A DNA stretch of 64,000 nt, taken from the NCBI GenBank assembly GCA_028687755.1, contig JAQTZL010000001.1, forward strand, positions 201,404 to 265,403, given 5' to 3'. Source of the stretch: Candidatus Nanopelagicales bacterium. GTDB lineage: Bacteria > Actinomycetota > Actinomycetes > S36-B12. The position numbers were made by a program, and so were the translations under genes. The notes beneath the pieces are model-generated. The model was given only the letters and a program-made list of their open reading frames with translations. It was not told the DNA's origin and did no database searches. Positions within the stretch are counted from its first letter, which is position 1. Each line of letters begins with the position of its first letter. Shown here piece after piece: positions 30,840 to 41,225 of this stretch.

Positions 30840-31685
30840 ATGCGCTCTATCCAGGTGCTTCGCCATGGTCACGTCAATCAATTCGCCAGAAACTATGACC
30901 ATGTCCTCAACTTCTATCGCACCGTCTTTGATGCAGATGTCTTTTTGGAATTCGAGGAACCAGATTTTGGTGGCAAGAATGCCGTGTATGTCGCCGGTGC
31001 GGCCTGTTTTGAACTGTTCGCTCCAACGAATCCCGATATGGCCATCGGTGCAAGCATTGCGCGCTTTGGTGAGCGCTGGCATTCATTGGAGTGGACCGTA
31101 CCCAATCTTGACGAAGCAATTGACATCGTTACTGAACGAGGCATTCGCATCACTGATCGCTCGCCTGGCAATTACATTTTCGTGCACCCGCGCGATTGCC
31201 ATGGCTTGTGCTTGGAACTCACCACGCATTTCTTTAACAACGATCCACGCGATGCAGTTGACTTCGATTCAGTAAAAGGCGTTAACAGCAATCCACTGGC
31301 ATTGACCGGTGGCCCCATTATCACCATGGTGAGTTCCGATGCTCAAGAGTCAATAGCTTGGGTTGCCGATTTCACTGGACGCACTCCCGATAGCACGCAT
31401 CAAGGAACCCGAGCCAATGCTCATGCAATTAATTTTGGTGACCACGTCATTGAATACGTCACGCCGAACCAGTCAGAGAGCGACAAGGAACTACACACAC
31501 AAATCACGACTCATGGCGCTTCAATGTTTTCCGTGACCTTGCCCGTACGGGACTTAGAACATGCACAGCGCGAACTAGAACGCCACAATCTGGTAGTTGC
31601 GTTAGTGCCCAGCGCACCAGTGCCCTTACTCGCGCTCGATCTCAAGCAAACCGATGGTGCACGTCTGCAATTCATGCAGGCTTAG
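30840..31685 (+). CDS. two-domain VOC (glyoxalase/dioxygenase) family protein
   Basis: 281 aa with two tandem glyoxalase-like beta-alpha-beta-beta-beta modules judged by pattern. Confidence 0.55.
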   Translation: MRSIQVLRHGHVNQFARNYDHVLNFYRTVFDADVFLEFEEPDFGGKNAVYVAGAACFELFAPTNPDMAIGASIARFGERWHSLEWTVPNLDEAIDIVTERGIRITDRSPGNYIFVHPRDCHGLCLELTTHFFNNDPRDAVDFDSVKGVNSNPLALTGGPIITMVSSDAQESIAWVADFTGRTPDSTHQGTRANAHAINFGDHVIEYVTPNQSESDKELHTQITTHGASMFSVTLPVRDLEHAQRELERHNLVVALVPSAPVPLLALDLKQTDGARLQFMQA

Positions 31686-31720
31686 CAGGAAAATATTGCC
31701 GAAACCAGGATGCACATCAT

Positions 31721-32758
31721 CTAGCCCGCGCGCACTAAATTTCGCCCTGCTAATTTCGCGCAGTACATTGCTTCATCCACCCGCACCAACCAATTATCCA
31801 GACTTCGTTCCGGATCAAATTCTGCAACTCCAACACTGATCGTGACAGTGCCTGCATCCTTGAACGATTCACTACCGATGACATGACGCAACTGTTCGGC
31901 TAATGCTTGTGCCCCATGGAGTCGACTGTGCGGTGTAAGAATCATGAATTCTTCTCCGCCCCACCGGCACAACACATCCTCCGCTCGAATTCGCTGTTTA
32001 AGGCGACTCACTAATTCAATAAGAACGAGATCCCCAACATGATGGCCAAAGTGATCATTGACGTTCTTAAACCCATCGACGTCAATCATGAGTAGTGACA
32101 GTGACTGCCCGTAACGCATTGATCGTGCTACTTCACCCTCGAGTACCTTTTCGAAATATCGTCGGTTCCATGCTTCAGTAAGCGGATCCATTGTGGATAA
32201 ACGCTCAAGTTCCTGTGTGGCAGACACCAGTTCTGCGTTTACACGCAGCAGTTCATCTTTGGCCTCCTGCAGCGCAATGAGAGCTGCTTTGCTTTCGGAA
32301 ATGTCTCGTGAGACGCCAAGAATTTCCACAACGTTGCCGTGTTCATCAAGGTGCGGGAGTACATGTACTTGCGTCCAGACCGTAGTTCCATCTTTACGGT
32401 AATACTCAAGCTCCCCTTTGAACTCAGGCAGTTCCCCACCATCGTGTATCGCTGCTCCCAGCGCAGTGAAATAGTCAATTGAATGGACGGCCGAGGAGAG
32501 TGGGTGAATTTGGTCAATAGTTTGCGTCAACGCCTCGTCAACAGAAATTCCCCGCAAGCGCTCGACCGAGGGTGACACATACGTGATGTTGCCATCTAAC
32601 GACATCGTCCAAATCACATCATTCGCATGTTCTGAAATGAGTCGATGCCGCTCTTCGCTCACCTGCATTTGCTCTAAGACATTCGCCAAATCAACATGAT
32701 CAAGATTGTGGGCCGGCAGCGAATGCTTTGGTTCCACTGGCGGTATCTGGACATCCAT
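31721..32758 (-). CDS. PAS-GGDEF diguanylate cyclase
   Basis: PAS segment (HANDVIWTMSLDGNITYVSPS...), coiled linker, then DPLTEAWNRR ... HHVGD ... RWGGEEFMIL. Confidence 0.85.
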   Translation of the reverse strand: MDVQIPPVEPKHSLPAHNLDHVDLANVLEQMQVSEERHRLISEHANDVIWTMSLDGNITYVSPSVERLRGISVDEALTQTIDQIHPLSSAVHSIDYFTALGAAIHDGGELPEFKGELEYYRKDGTTVWTQVHVLPHLDEHGNVVEILGVSRDISESKAALIALQEAKDELLRVNAELVSATQELERLSTMDPLTEAWNRRYFEKVLEGEVARSMRYGQSLSLLMIDVDGFKNVNDHFGHHVGDLVLIELVSRLKQRIRAEDVLCRWGGEEFMILTPHSRLHGAQALAEQLRHVIGSESFKDAGTVTISVGVAEFDPERSLDNWLVRVDEAMYCAKLAGRNLVRAG

Positions 32759-32950
32759 ACGTCACCCCACCTCTTGAGATGCAACGTGACGGCACACCAT
32801 TGGCATCCGGAAACAATTACGAGGCCAATGTAGGGCGATGGCATTGCTCAAAACTCATTGAAATCTGCACAACGGATAGTTTTGTCCGCTGGTGTCCGGA
32901 CAAAACTTGCGCTCATCCAGTACCACGATTAAACGGGCTGCATCAAGGAT

Positions 32951-33871
32951 CTATGCAACGTTCAAGAACGAATTCAGCACTTTCACGAGCCCAGCAGGGT
33001 TATCGCTTTGGATTGAATGACCGGCATCGGGAACGATCTCGAACCGCAGTGATGCAGCACGCGAGGTGAATTCTGCAACATGTTCATCAGTGACAAAAGC
33101 AGAAGCACCGCCACGGATCAACATCATCGGCAACTGGATCGCAGAAACGTCTTCCCACAGTGCATCGAAGGAAGCGGCTGGGTTTGCATCGTCTTTTTCA
33201 TCCGACGACAACTTGTCGTAACGCCAACCCCACTGACCATCCTCATATTTGCGGGCATTGTGCACCACACCACGCTCAATGAGAATCGCTGGGCGATTTG
33301 GTGCAAGGGCTGCGGTCGCGTCGATCATTTCTGCCAACGACGCATAACGCGTGGGACCTTGGGTGAGCGCTGTAGTGCCGCGTTCTTCCTTCGTCATCTT
33401 CTTCATCTGTTCAAGCTGGCTAGGCGTGACGTCAATGACCGTGACAGATGTGAATAAATCTGGGCGCAACGCAGCTAATCGAATTGCAGTTAGCCCGCCC
33501 AAAGACATGCCAATTAATGCAACTGGAGCAGGGAGCTGCATTTGGTCCAATACATCAGCAATCGCAGTTGCGTTCGTGAACGGCCAATAGGCCTTGTCTT
33601 CACGCCAATCTGAATGTCCATGCCCAGGAAGGTCGATGGCAATGATGGATTGGTCGAGCAAGAGTGCAACGGCATCCCATGTGTGAGCATTTTGACCGCC
33701 ACCATGAAGGAATACTGCTGTTGGTGACTCGACTCCCCAATGCAGGGAGGAGATAGCAGTGCCATCGGCCAGTTTCCAAAAACGCCGTTCTAAGGCAGGT
33801 TCAGCCCAAGTGACACCTAGATGATCCGCTGTCTGTTCCAGCAGATGCTTCTCTGAGATGGTCTCACTCAC
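32951..33871 (-). CDS. alpha/beta hydrolase
   Basis: HGGGQNAHTWD and nucleophile elbow GMSLGG are present, with a C-terminal GH. Confidence 0.8.
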   Translation of the reverse strand: MSETISEKHLLEQTADHLGVTWAEPALERRFWKLADGTAISSLHWGVESPTAVFLHGGGQNAHTWDAVALLLDQSIIAIDLPGHGHSDWREDKAYWPFTNATAIADVLDQMQLPAPVALIGMSLGGLTAIRLAALRPDLFTSVTVIDVTPSQLEQMKKMTKEERGTTALTQGPTRYASLAEMIDATAALAPNRPAILIERGVVHNARKYEDGQWGWRYDKLSSDEKDDANPAASFDALWEDVSAIQLPMMLIRGGASAFVTDEHVAEFTSRAASLRFEIVPDAGHSIQSDNPAGLVKVLNSFLNVA

Positions 33872-34079
33872 AGCTTCGCTCCTTTATTACATGCGGGCAC
33901 TTCTGAACTTGATGGTACGGAACTTCATCATCAACGAGGTGCTGTTTCCTCACTTTGCTCAAAGAATGAGGACATGCATCGTGGAATTCTTGCCAAATTG
34001 CCGGAACTTCCAATTGGCGCAACGCTCAAATCACGCAACACAACCACAATTTTGATCAACTCCTGCCTAGGCTCACACA

Positions 34080-34925
34080 GTGAGCGATCGATATGGGTCA
34101 GATGTGCTGGGTGGCCCCTTAGCTGGGCGTTCCCCTGCTCGGCCAACACCACCACAAGTCGCAGCCGAGCTTGGCATGGTTCTTGAATGCCCGCATACGG
34201 GTTGGGTCGGTGCCATCACCGGGATTAATAAAGGTCCGCAAGGTTGGGCGGTTGCCTTGGAAGATCGCAAAGGTCGAACCAAGATGTTTCTCTTCACCGA
34301 TCCCCTGTTCCTTGAAGGTGAACTCATTGCCTTAACCAGATCAACCTCACCTTCGTCTACAACTCGAAAGCGCACAGCTTCGGGCTCACTTGCAGTCACT
34401 GATGAACGCGCCAGAGTTGCTCGCGGCTCGCGCATTTGGGTTGAAGGCAAACAAGACGCCGAACTCGTGGAAAAAATCTGGGGCGCTGACCTTCGCGTTG
34501 AGGGTGTTATCGTTGAAGAACTTGGTGGCGCTGATGCATTACTCGCGGCAGTGCAAAATTTTCAACCTGATGCACAACACAAAATCGGGATCCTGCTCGA
34601 TCACTTAGTTCCTCACAGTAAAGAGCAGCGAATTGCAGACGAGGTCAATCGCGCCTTCCCGCAGCACGTGCTCATTCTCGGGCATCCGTATGTCGACGTG
34701 TGGCAAGCAGTACGCCCACAGACACTCAATATTGATCAATGGCCAACGATTCCCAAATCCATCGGATGGAAGGAAGGGGTGTGTGCACACTTCCAATGGG
34801 ATGCAGACACGTCAGCAACGTGGAGAACGATCCTGAGCAAGGTCAACACCTTCACTGACCTTGAAACAAGCCTACTTGGCCGGGTTGAAGAGCTGATTGA
34901 CTTCGTTACTGACTCACACACATAA
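34080..34925 (+). CDS. DUF3097 domain protein
   Basis: Conserved actinobacterial pattern (CPHTGWVGAI...WVEGKQDAELVEKIWG...). Confidence 0.6.
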   Translation: MSDRYGSDVLGGPLAGRSPARPTPPQVAAELGMVLECPHTGWVGAITGINKGPQGWAVALEDRKGRTKMFLFTDPLFLEGELIALTRSTSPSSTTRKRTASGSLAVTDERARVARGSRIWVEGKQDAELVEKIWGADLRVEGVIVEELGGADALLAAVQNFQPDAQHKIGILLDHLVPHSKEQRIADEVNRAFPQHVLILGHPYVDVWQAVRPQTLNIDQWPTIPKSIGWKEGVCAHFQWDADTSATWRTILSKVNTFTDLETSLLGRVEELIDFVTDSHT

Positions 34926-35048
34926 CTCCTGACAAACCATGCACAAAGAAATTATTCGTGAAGGTTCCAAATCTAAAAAGGCAGCACTCGCGGCACTGTT
35001 GAAGGAAATGCGCGCGCAGTCTCAACAACATCTGAAGCTTTTCAGTAG

Positions 35049-35663
35049 CTAGCAAAAATACATGTCTTGATTGCTAAGCATGCCTTGCACTGTTGGGGAC
35101 AAGCGCCCAATGACAGCAACAGATGGCGACGCCCAAGCAATGGCCAAGACTGCCTGCTTCTTACCTCGACCCGGCATGGTGCCACGGGCCACAGAAACGT
35201 TAATCGTGGTTGATGAAGCTGTTGTACCTGCCCAACAGGCACTGGCCTGCTTGCGCGATTGCGCCTGATGGGAAGTCAAAGTTCGACCAGGTGTTCCAAC
35301 TCCCCCAAGAACAATGTTGGTCACTGCTTGGGTATTTGACTCCCAAGGTGCCGATACCGCGAATGATGAACCTGGAGTAAACGCGGTAGGAATAGAAAGG
35401 ATTGCGACACCATTGCGCACCTTTGCCAATGGTCCATTCCAGTATTCGGGTTGAGCTGGCTCAACCATGGTCGCGGGTTCATTAAGCAGGCCGCGCTGAA
35501 TCCCAATCGTGCAGCCTTCGCAGTTACGCACGACTAACCGAATGATTGTTGATTGACCCAAAGATGGCACAGGAGTTGCAGCGCTTGCTGAGTCAACGAG
35601 AACTACGCCGGCACTGGCAATCATGGCCACAATCGCCATACAAGCTGTGACAAGTCGCTTCAT
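35049..35663 (-). CDS. secreted hypothetical protein
   Basis: Signal peptide MKRLVTACMAIVAMIASAGVVLV...SASA. I recognised no family. Confidence 0.5.
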   Translation of the reverse strand: MKRLVTACMAIVAMIASAGVVLVDSASAATPVPSLGQSTIIRLVVRNCEGCTIGIQRGLLNEPATMVEPAQPEYWNGPLAKVRNGVAILSIPTAFTPGSSFAVSAPWESNTQAVTNIVLGGVGTPGRTLTSHQAQSRKQASACWAGTTASSTTINVSVARGTMPGRGKKQAVLAIAWASPSVAVIGRLSPTVQGMLSNQDMYFC

Positions 35664-35778
35664 GTATCCCCCGTCAGGACGAGCCCAGCGGGCTGCACAA
35701 TGGCGGCAACTTTAGACCTTAATCTCTCGTTCACATTGCAGGAACCTCGCCGACATCCGCACATGTCACAGTTCAATC

Positions 35779-36099
35779 ATGAAGACACATCTGGCCAATC
35801 ACACGGGGGATGAATCCATGAACAATCAAGAAGCAAACTTCGCCTGGATACAGCAGAATTACACCCTGCAGTTGCTCGCAGATTCGCGCACTGTGCGCTC
35901 ACCGCAAGAAGCTGTGGTTGCCCATCTTCGCTGTTGGGAAAAAGTAATGAGCGAAAACAGCGATTGCCGCTCATCTATCCTCAAACTCAACATTGAAGAC
36001 ATCATCAACTTCCGCGACACCACATTGGCGACAATCACTGCCGAGCATTACGGCTACACCATTAATGATCTAGCCATCCACCTGCGTATTGCTGCGTAA
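35779..36099 (+). CDS. hypothetical protein
   Basis: 106-aa ORF in an otherwise empty interval. No family was recognised. Confidence 0.3.
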   Translation: MKTHLANHTGDESMNNQEANFAWIQQNYTLQLLADSRTVRSPQEAVVAHLRCWEKVMSENSDCRSSILKLNIEDIINFRDTTLATITAEHYGYTINDLAIHLRIAA

Positions 36100-36149
36100 C
36101 TCAACAACGTCACCAGTACACAAGACAGCAGGAACCTGTCGCCAATAAC

Positions 36150-38093
36150 TTATGCCCCGATATTGAGTAAATCAGGCGAAGTTGGCCGCGCAAGGGCGGG
36201 ATCTGGTGCCGGAACTAAGCGCTTAGCTGCTCTTTGTTGATCCAGAAGTACTTTGAGCGCTGCAACCGTGCCCGCCGAAGCGCGGTCATCGGCGAGGTTG
36301 CGCAACTCGGTTGGATCAGCAGTGATGTTGTAACACTCAAACTGATCGGCAGGCGGTGCGATCTGTCCGGCAGTTGGATTCAATGATGTGACCGTCGTGG
36401 TGGCACTCTTAGTTCCGGGTGCTGAAAGGTTTCCAGCAATGATGGTTTCTACGTTCTGCTGATTTGGTGTAGTCCAAAACTGCGGGTTATCCCAGTAGCG
36501 GGTGTACTTCCATTGCTCCATTGTTCCGCCGACACCTGTAGGCATCATGGCAACGACAGTTTCCAAGCTGCTTGGCGCGGCGACGGATGGATACATCGCA
36601 CCCTTCCATGACACCTGCTTTGCTCCCGTGAACGGTGCATCATCGGTCATGAAGAACACAGGGGCTGGCGTGATCATCTTGTCTTCGCCGAGCAGGAATC
36701 CCGAGAGATCGCGACCAGGTAACGCCGTGGCTTGGGTATGCGTTTGCTCCAACGTACGTAGCGCCTTCTTTTGATCAATGCCCGCAAGCCCCAACATTGT
36801 TGGCAATAGATCTGCATGCGAGGTCAGATCGGAGGACGCAACCGCCTTGGGGAACAACTTCGGATTGTGGAACATCAATGGCACCTTTAACACTTCGTCA
36901 TAGGCGTTGTGCCACTTTTGGAACATGCCGCCGTGTGCACCCAGAAGTTCACCGTGGTCAGATAGATAGACCACCACAGTGTCGCGATACGCATTGCGAT
37001 CCTGGGTCAAAGCGCGAATGACGCGACCGATCTGGTCATCGACTTCCTTTTGCAGCTGGTAGTAAAAACGCTGATGCCCCGAACCAGCCTGTGTGGGCTG
37101 CAACGCCAACTGGTACGTATCTCGGTAGCTGGCTTGAGTCGATGGCTTATTGGACAAGGTTTCAGCAGCTGATGCAGTGAATCCATCCGTGAACAAATTC
37201 ATCGGAACATTCGAACCGACCAGTTGCTGTGCCAGATAAAAGTTTTGCTGCGCCAAAGTCAGGTCGCCCCACAGTGTGATGTCATGTGGGTTGACGAATG
37301 AAGTGACCAACAACCATGGGTTCTTTGCGTGACGCAGACGCCGCAGCTCATTCACACCCTGCGTTGCAAATTGCTCGTCGCGGCCACGGCCACCTGGTGC
37401 CGATGATCCTGAATTCAGCGGATTCTTGCCGTGTGGTTCAGGCCCGACCCAACCATCGAAACCAAATTCGTCTAGTTGATTAGCTTCCAAATAAATTTTC
37501 TCGGCCGCCGGCACCGGAACGCTGTTGTTATCGAATGTATTGAGTGTGTTGTAACTGCCTGGTTCATAGAGATCCGCATCGGAAATATGCCACTTGCCCT
37601 TGTAATACGTGTCATACCCGCCAGCGCGGAACCAGTCGCCCATTGTTGGAACAGTTGTGGGGTCCAACCAATACAGATCAGTCTCAATTGCACTCTTGGC
37701 TGCTCCCGATGTCTGTGAAACACCGTGGAGTGAGGGGTACTGACCCGTGAAGATTGATGCACGACTTGGTGCGCACGCTGCAGCCATCACGTGGTGGTTA
37801 TTGAATTCCATCGCATGCTCGCGCAAAAAATTCTGGGCTGACAAATTGCGCCGACGCCATAGCGCGAGTTCTTGAGTTTCGTAGGTCGGAGCCATCCGCT
37901 GCTCATCAACCATGACCACTAAAAAGTTCGGGCGGCGAGTGAGCCGACCCCGAGGAGTAAACGGCCCAAGATTTGCAGCCGATGCCGTTTGCCCTCCCGC
38001 ACCTACCAACGCAGCGGCTGCGCCGGTAACACCCATGGCCTGCAGGAGACGACGACGATTGAGGCCAGTGGTTGACTCTTCAGATTGCGACAT
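36150..38093 (-). CDS. Tat-exported sulfatase
   Basis: Twin-arginine signal (NRRRLLQAMGVTGAAAAL) and the formylglycine motif CAPSRASIFTG. Confidence 0.85.
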   Translation of the reverse strand: MSQSEESTTGLNRRRLLQAMGVTGAAAALVGAGGQTASAANLGPFTPRGRLTRRPNFLVVMVDEQRMAPTYETQELALWRRRNLSAQNFLREHAMEFNNHHVMAAACAPSRASIFTGQYPSLHGVSQTSGAAKSAIETDLYWLDPTTVPTMGDWFRAGGYDTYYKGKWHISDADLYEPGSYNTLNTFDNNSVPVPAAEKIYLEANQLDEFGFDGWVGPEPHGKNPLNSGSSAPGGRGRDEQFATQGVNELRRLRHAKNPWLLVTSFVNPHDITLWGDLTLAQQNFYLAQQLVGSNVPMNLFTDGFTASAAETLSNKPSTQASYRDTYQLALQPTQAGSGHQRFYYQLQKEVDDQIGRVIRALTQDRNAYRDTVVVYLSDHGELLGAHGGMFQKWHNAYDEVLKVPLMFHNPKLFPKAVASSDLTSHADLLPTMLGLAGIDQKKALRTLEQTHTQATALPGRDLSGFLLGEDKMITPAPVFFMTDDAPFTGAKQVSWKGAMYPSVAAPSSLETVVAMMPTGVGGTMEQWKYTRYWDNPQFWTTPNQQNVETIIAGNLSAPGTKSATTTVTSLNPTAGQIAPPADQFECYNITADPTELRNLADDRASAGTVAALKVLLDQQRAAKRLVPAPDPALARPTSPDLLNIGA

Positions 38094-38249
38094 AGTCGCA
38101 TCCTGTCACTAAATCAACACATAATCAGACGTGTTCACATGTGTGAGGCCAAACCCCTGCATCTCATTGAGACATTGACATGGTTATCTGCGCCCAGATG
38201 TACACAAACATTAGGTGAAGTTTAGTGACCCAGTGTGGAACGAGGGCCG

Positions 38250-38945
38250 CTAACGGCGGCCCTGTCCACTTCCATTACCAACGCCGGCACCTTTACTGGC
38301 GCCTTTACCCGCACCCATGCCATTGCCTTTGCCTTTGCCTTGACTTTGACCCTTGCTATGACCAGCTTCCTGACCGCTGGTGGTCGCAGTTGGGTCAGCC
38401 TGGAGTGCAGTGAATGCCTTGAGATGGTTTTGCGAACCGCGTAGCAAGTTATTGAGCACCCGCGTGATGTCCGCTGCCGGATTTGTTGCGATGGCCTTCT
38501 GTAAATCACTGATATCCAGTTTCTCAATGGAAATACCAGCTTGCGCTGCAGCTTGGATTGATGTGGAACCCGATGCAATCAATTGGTTGTAAAGCGCCTG
38601 CAATTCAGGATCATCAAATTTGCCCACTGCATCACCAACCGTGGGATCAGTAACACCGTACGCAGCAAGTAACTTCTGAATACTTGCTTGGTGACGGGCT
38701 TCACTTGCAGCAATATTCTCGAAGGTATTCACGTCGAATGTCTCGCCAAGAACGGTGTACACATCGTGGGCTAATTTTTCTTCAGCCACCATGTGCGTCA
38801 GGATGGTTGCGGTGCTATCCGACACTGTTGCAGCGCTGGCACCTCCAGCGATTGCTAGCGACATTGGTGCCGCCAGAGCGGTTACTAGTGCTGTTGTAAT
38901 AATGCGATGAGAGCCTTTGCGATTGATGATGAATCCAGTATTCAT
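38250..38945 (-). CDS. secreted ferritin-like DUF2202 protein with a Gly/Lys-rich tail
   Basis: EEKLAHDVY ... NIAASEARH pattern is present. The C-terminus is the low-complexity GKGKGNGMGAGKGASKGAGVGNGSGQGRR. Confidence 0.6.
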   Translation of the reverse strand: MNTGFIINRKGSHRIITTALVTALAAPMSLAIAGGASAATVSDSTATILTHMVAEEKLAHDVYTVLGETFDVNTFENIAASEARHQASIQKLLAAYGVTDPTVGDAVGKFDDPELQALYNQLIASGSTSIQAAAQAGISIEKLDISDLQKAIATNPAADITRVLNNLLRGSQNHLKAFTALQADPTATTSGQEAGHSKGQSQGKGKGNGMGAGKGASKGAGVGNGSGQGRR

Positions 38946-39156
38946 GATCGTGCTCCTTTCTTGATATCTCCAGATTTACGGGCCAGCATCAAGAAGTCAT
39001 CACGCATAGGTCAACGTGATGTAAGAGCTTGGTTGCAATGGCAAGAATCCATCACTTGGCAGGTCTAAAGACTCTGCAACATCTGTCTGCGATAGGGCTT
39101 TGGTCCCGACGCAATTAGCACGACGGGTCCGAGTGAATAATGGTCCCGTGAAAAAC

Positions 39157-39936
39157 ATGCGTTTGGTGTGCGTGGGTGATTCCTTTACCGAAGGTATGTG
39201 CGATGAGTTGCGTGAAGATGACAACTACCTCGGTTGGGCAGATCGCCTGGCTCAGCAATTAGCAATGCAGGAAGAAACGCAAGTCCAATATGCCAACTTG
39301 GCGATCAGAGGAAAACTCTTAGATCAAGTGGTGGATGAACAGATCGACGCAGCGTTAGTGCTTAACCCGACGATCATCACCTTCCATGCTGGCCCTAACG
39401 ATGTGTTGCGCAGAGGCACTGACCTTGAGGATTTGTTCACGAGGTACAGCAACGCCGTTCGACGGCTCTGTGAAAACCCGGCTACAACCGTTGTTCTCTT
39501 CACCGCGATTGGTCGCGCAGGTGGCACCGGCAAAGTCGCCCAACTCCTTGCTGATCGATTTGCCAGGTTCAATGCCAATGTCAGAGCTACGGCAAAAGAA
39601 CATGACTGCATCGTGGTTGATCTCGAACCTATCGACGTGCTCACCGATCGACGGTTGTGGTTTGAAGATCGCCTCCATCTCAATGCCGATGGTCATGCCA
39701 GAGTTGCTGCTGCAGCATTCAGTGTCCTTACGAATAAACAGAAAGACCCAGAAATCGCACAGTGGTGGATTCAACCACTTCCCACACAACCGAAGATAAG
39801 CAAAACTCAGGCCCTCAAGGCTGATGCCTTATGGGTGAAGAACCACATGTTGCCTTGGGTGGGTAGACGACTCAAAGGTGTATCAAGCGGCGATGGGCGC
39901 CAGCCTAAAGATCAAGGATTGCGGGAAATTCGTTAG
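39157..39936 (+). CDS. SGNH/GDSL hydrolase
   Basis: The start is set at MRLVCVGDSFTEG (block I GDS). Block V DRLHLN is present. Confidence 0.8.
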   Translation: MRLVCVGDSFTEGMCDELREDDNYLGWADRLAQQLAMQEETQVQYANLAIRGKLLDQVVDEQIDAALVLNPTIITFHAGPNDVLRRGTDLEDLFTRYSNAVRRLCENPATTVVLFTAIGRAGGTGKVAQLLADRFARFNANVRATAKEHDCIVVDLEPIDVLTDRRLWFEDRLHLNADGHARVAAAAFSVLTNKQKDPEIAQWWIQPLPTQPKISKTQALKADALWVKNHMLPWVGRRLKGVSSGDGRQPKDQGLREIR

Positions 39937-40439
39937 ATCAGACCGCGATTCTTGAGGTATTCCTCTACATCAGAAACGACTTCATCGCGGATCATGTCTG
40001 GACCCCACACTTGATCACAGATGTCCCAAACCTGCACAAGTTGCGTAAAGTTCAGGATTTCGCAAAGAACTCCTACATCTTGAAGATCACGGATTCCACG
40101 ACCCGCTCTCACTTTCATCGCAAGTAAGTGTTCGGGAGATGCGACTTGAACCAAAATTCCAGGTGCTGCAAACATTTCCCAACTGCGTGAGTCCGCAATT
40201 CTTGGAAGTAACGGCGCTACTTGATCGTTGAGCCAATTTGGAGCAAGGTCACCGCGCTCGTGTGCCATCTCGGCAGCAATTTGATCAATGACTCCCACCG
40301 GCGTAATCCGTGCATCGATATCGCGCGTCACAGTTGAACGGTCATATCCCAACAACATCGCCGCTCCGCCAACCAGGTAAATCTCTACTTCCAAACCACG
40401 CGCATCGAGTCGCTCACCAAGTTCGGTGAGTATTTCCAT
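39933..40439 (-). CDS. nucleotidyltransferase-fold protein (DUF6036-like), candidate toxin/effector
   Basis: The start is trimmed to MEILTELGERL. The pattern YLVGGAAMLL ... TRDIDA resembles minimal NTase-fold proteins. Confidence 0.45.
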   Translation of the reverse strand: MEILTELGERLDARGLEVEIYLVGGAAMLLGYDRSTVTRDIDARITPVGVIDQIAAEMAHERGDLAPNWLNDQVAPLLPRIADSRSWEMFAAPGILVQVASPEHLLAMKVRAGRGIRDLQDVGVLCEILNFTQLVQVWDICDQVWGPDMIRDEVVSDVEEYLKNRGLI

Positions 40440-40464
40440 GATTTGATCTTTTGTCGTGAACACA

Positions 40465-41067
40465 TCACACCGACGCAAGATTGGATCGATCCACAAGGAT
40501 GCCACGGCTACGCAAGCTAGGAATCCCCTCGCAGAGCGCCCGGCAGCGAAGTCCGGGTAACGATTCTGAAATTCCCACCCACCACAGTTCCCGAAGGAAG
40601 TACTGGGGTTCACGCGTCCACGATGGTGCACGATCTAATCCAGCGGCTCGACTCCAATGCACCGCCATCCCAGCAAGTAACGCATCGATGCGTCTATCTC
40701 CTGTGGAGGCTGGTTGCGTCAGGAACAACATTTGGTCAGAAATTAATGAAGTTTTTGCGAACGCATCGTTCATACCAACCACGTAGCGAAGAATGTCGAG
40801 GTCCAAATCACCCAATTGCGCGTTCGAAGTTTTCTTCAAGGCTCGAAGATTCACCGCGTGCGAAGCCATGGTTCCCAACCACGTTCCGGTATGCATTGTT
40901 CCTGGCTTCAGTTCCAAAAAGAGATCAATACGGTCAGTAACCGTCTGGCCAGCGGACAAACTTCCGGCCTCATAAGCACTGATGTTGGCTTGACGGGTGC
41001 CTAATAAGAATGCGACATGGGATTGCGTCATCCCTAACTGCATTCGTTGTTGTTCAAGGCCTTTCAT
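40465..41067 (-). CDS. XRE-family HTH protein with an uncharacterised C-terminal domain, candidate antitoxin
   Basis: RMQLGMTQSHVAFLLGTRQANISAYEAG is a Cro/C1-type HTH. It lies 25 nt upstream of the NTase-fold gene. Confidence 0.55.
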   Translation of the reverse strand: MKGLEQQRMQLGMTQSHVAFLLGTRQANISAYEAGSLSAGQTVTDRIDLFLELKPGTMHTGTWLGTMASHAVNLRALKKTSNAQLGDLDLDILRYVVGMNDAFAKTSLISDQMLFLTQPASTGDRRIDALLAGMAVHWSRAAGLDRAPSWTREPQYFLRELWWVGISESLPGLRCRALCEGIPSLRSRGILVDRSNLASV

Positions 41068-41225
41068 TTCGCCACTATATAACAATTTTTTATTTATATA
41101 TATTGCCTTGGCGCACACTTACAAGCCTTCAACAAATACGGGTGGGTACAGCTTCAATGAGAATGTGTATTTCCAAACAATGGTGACTAATAAATAGACC
41201 TAATGCGGCTCACTAGGGTTACGCA

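Noticed and set aside
39933-40631. A 232-aa version of the NTase-fold ORF, and the long versions of the vapC (28055..28597) and XRE (40465..41118) ORFs.
   Set aside because: The N-terminal extensions overlap upstream genes and look non-coding (Cys/Arg/Trp-rich). Internal starts give standard domain boundaries.
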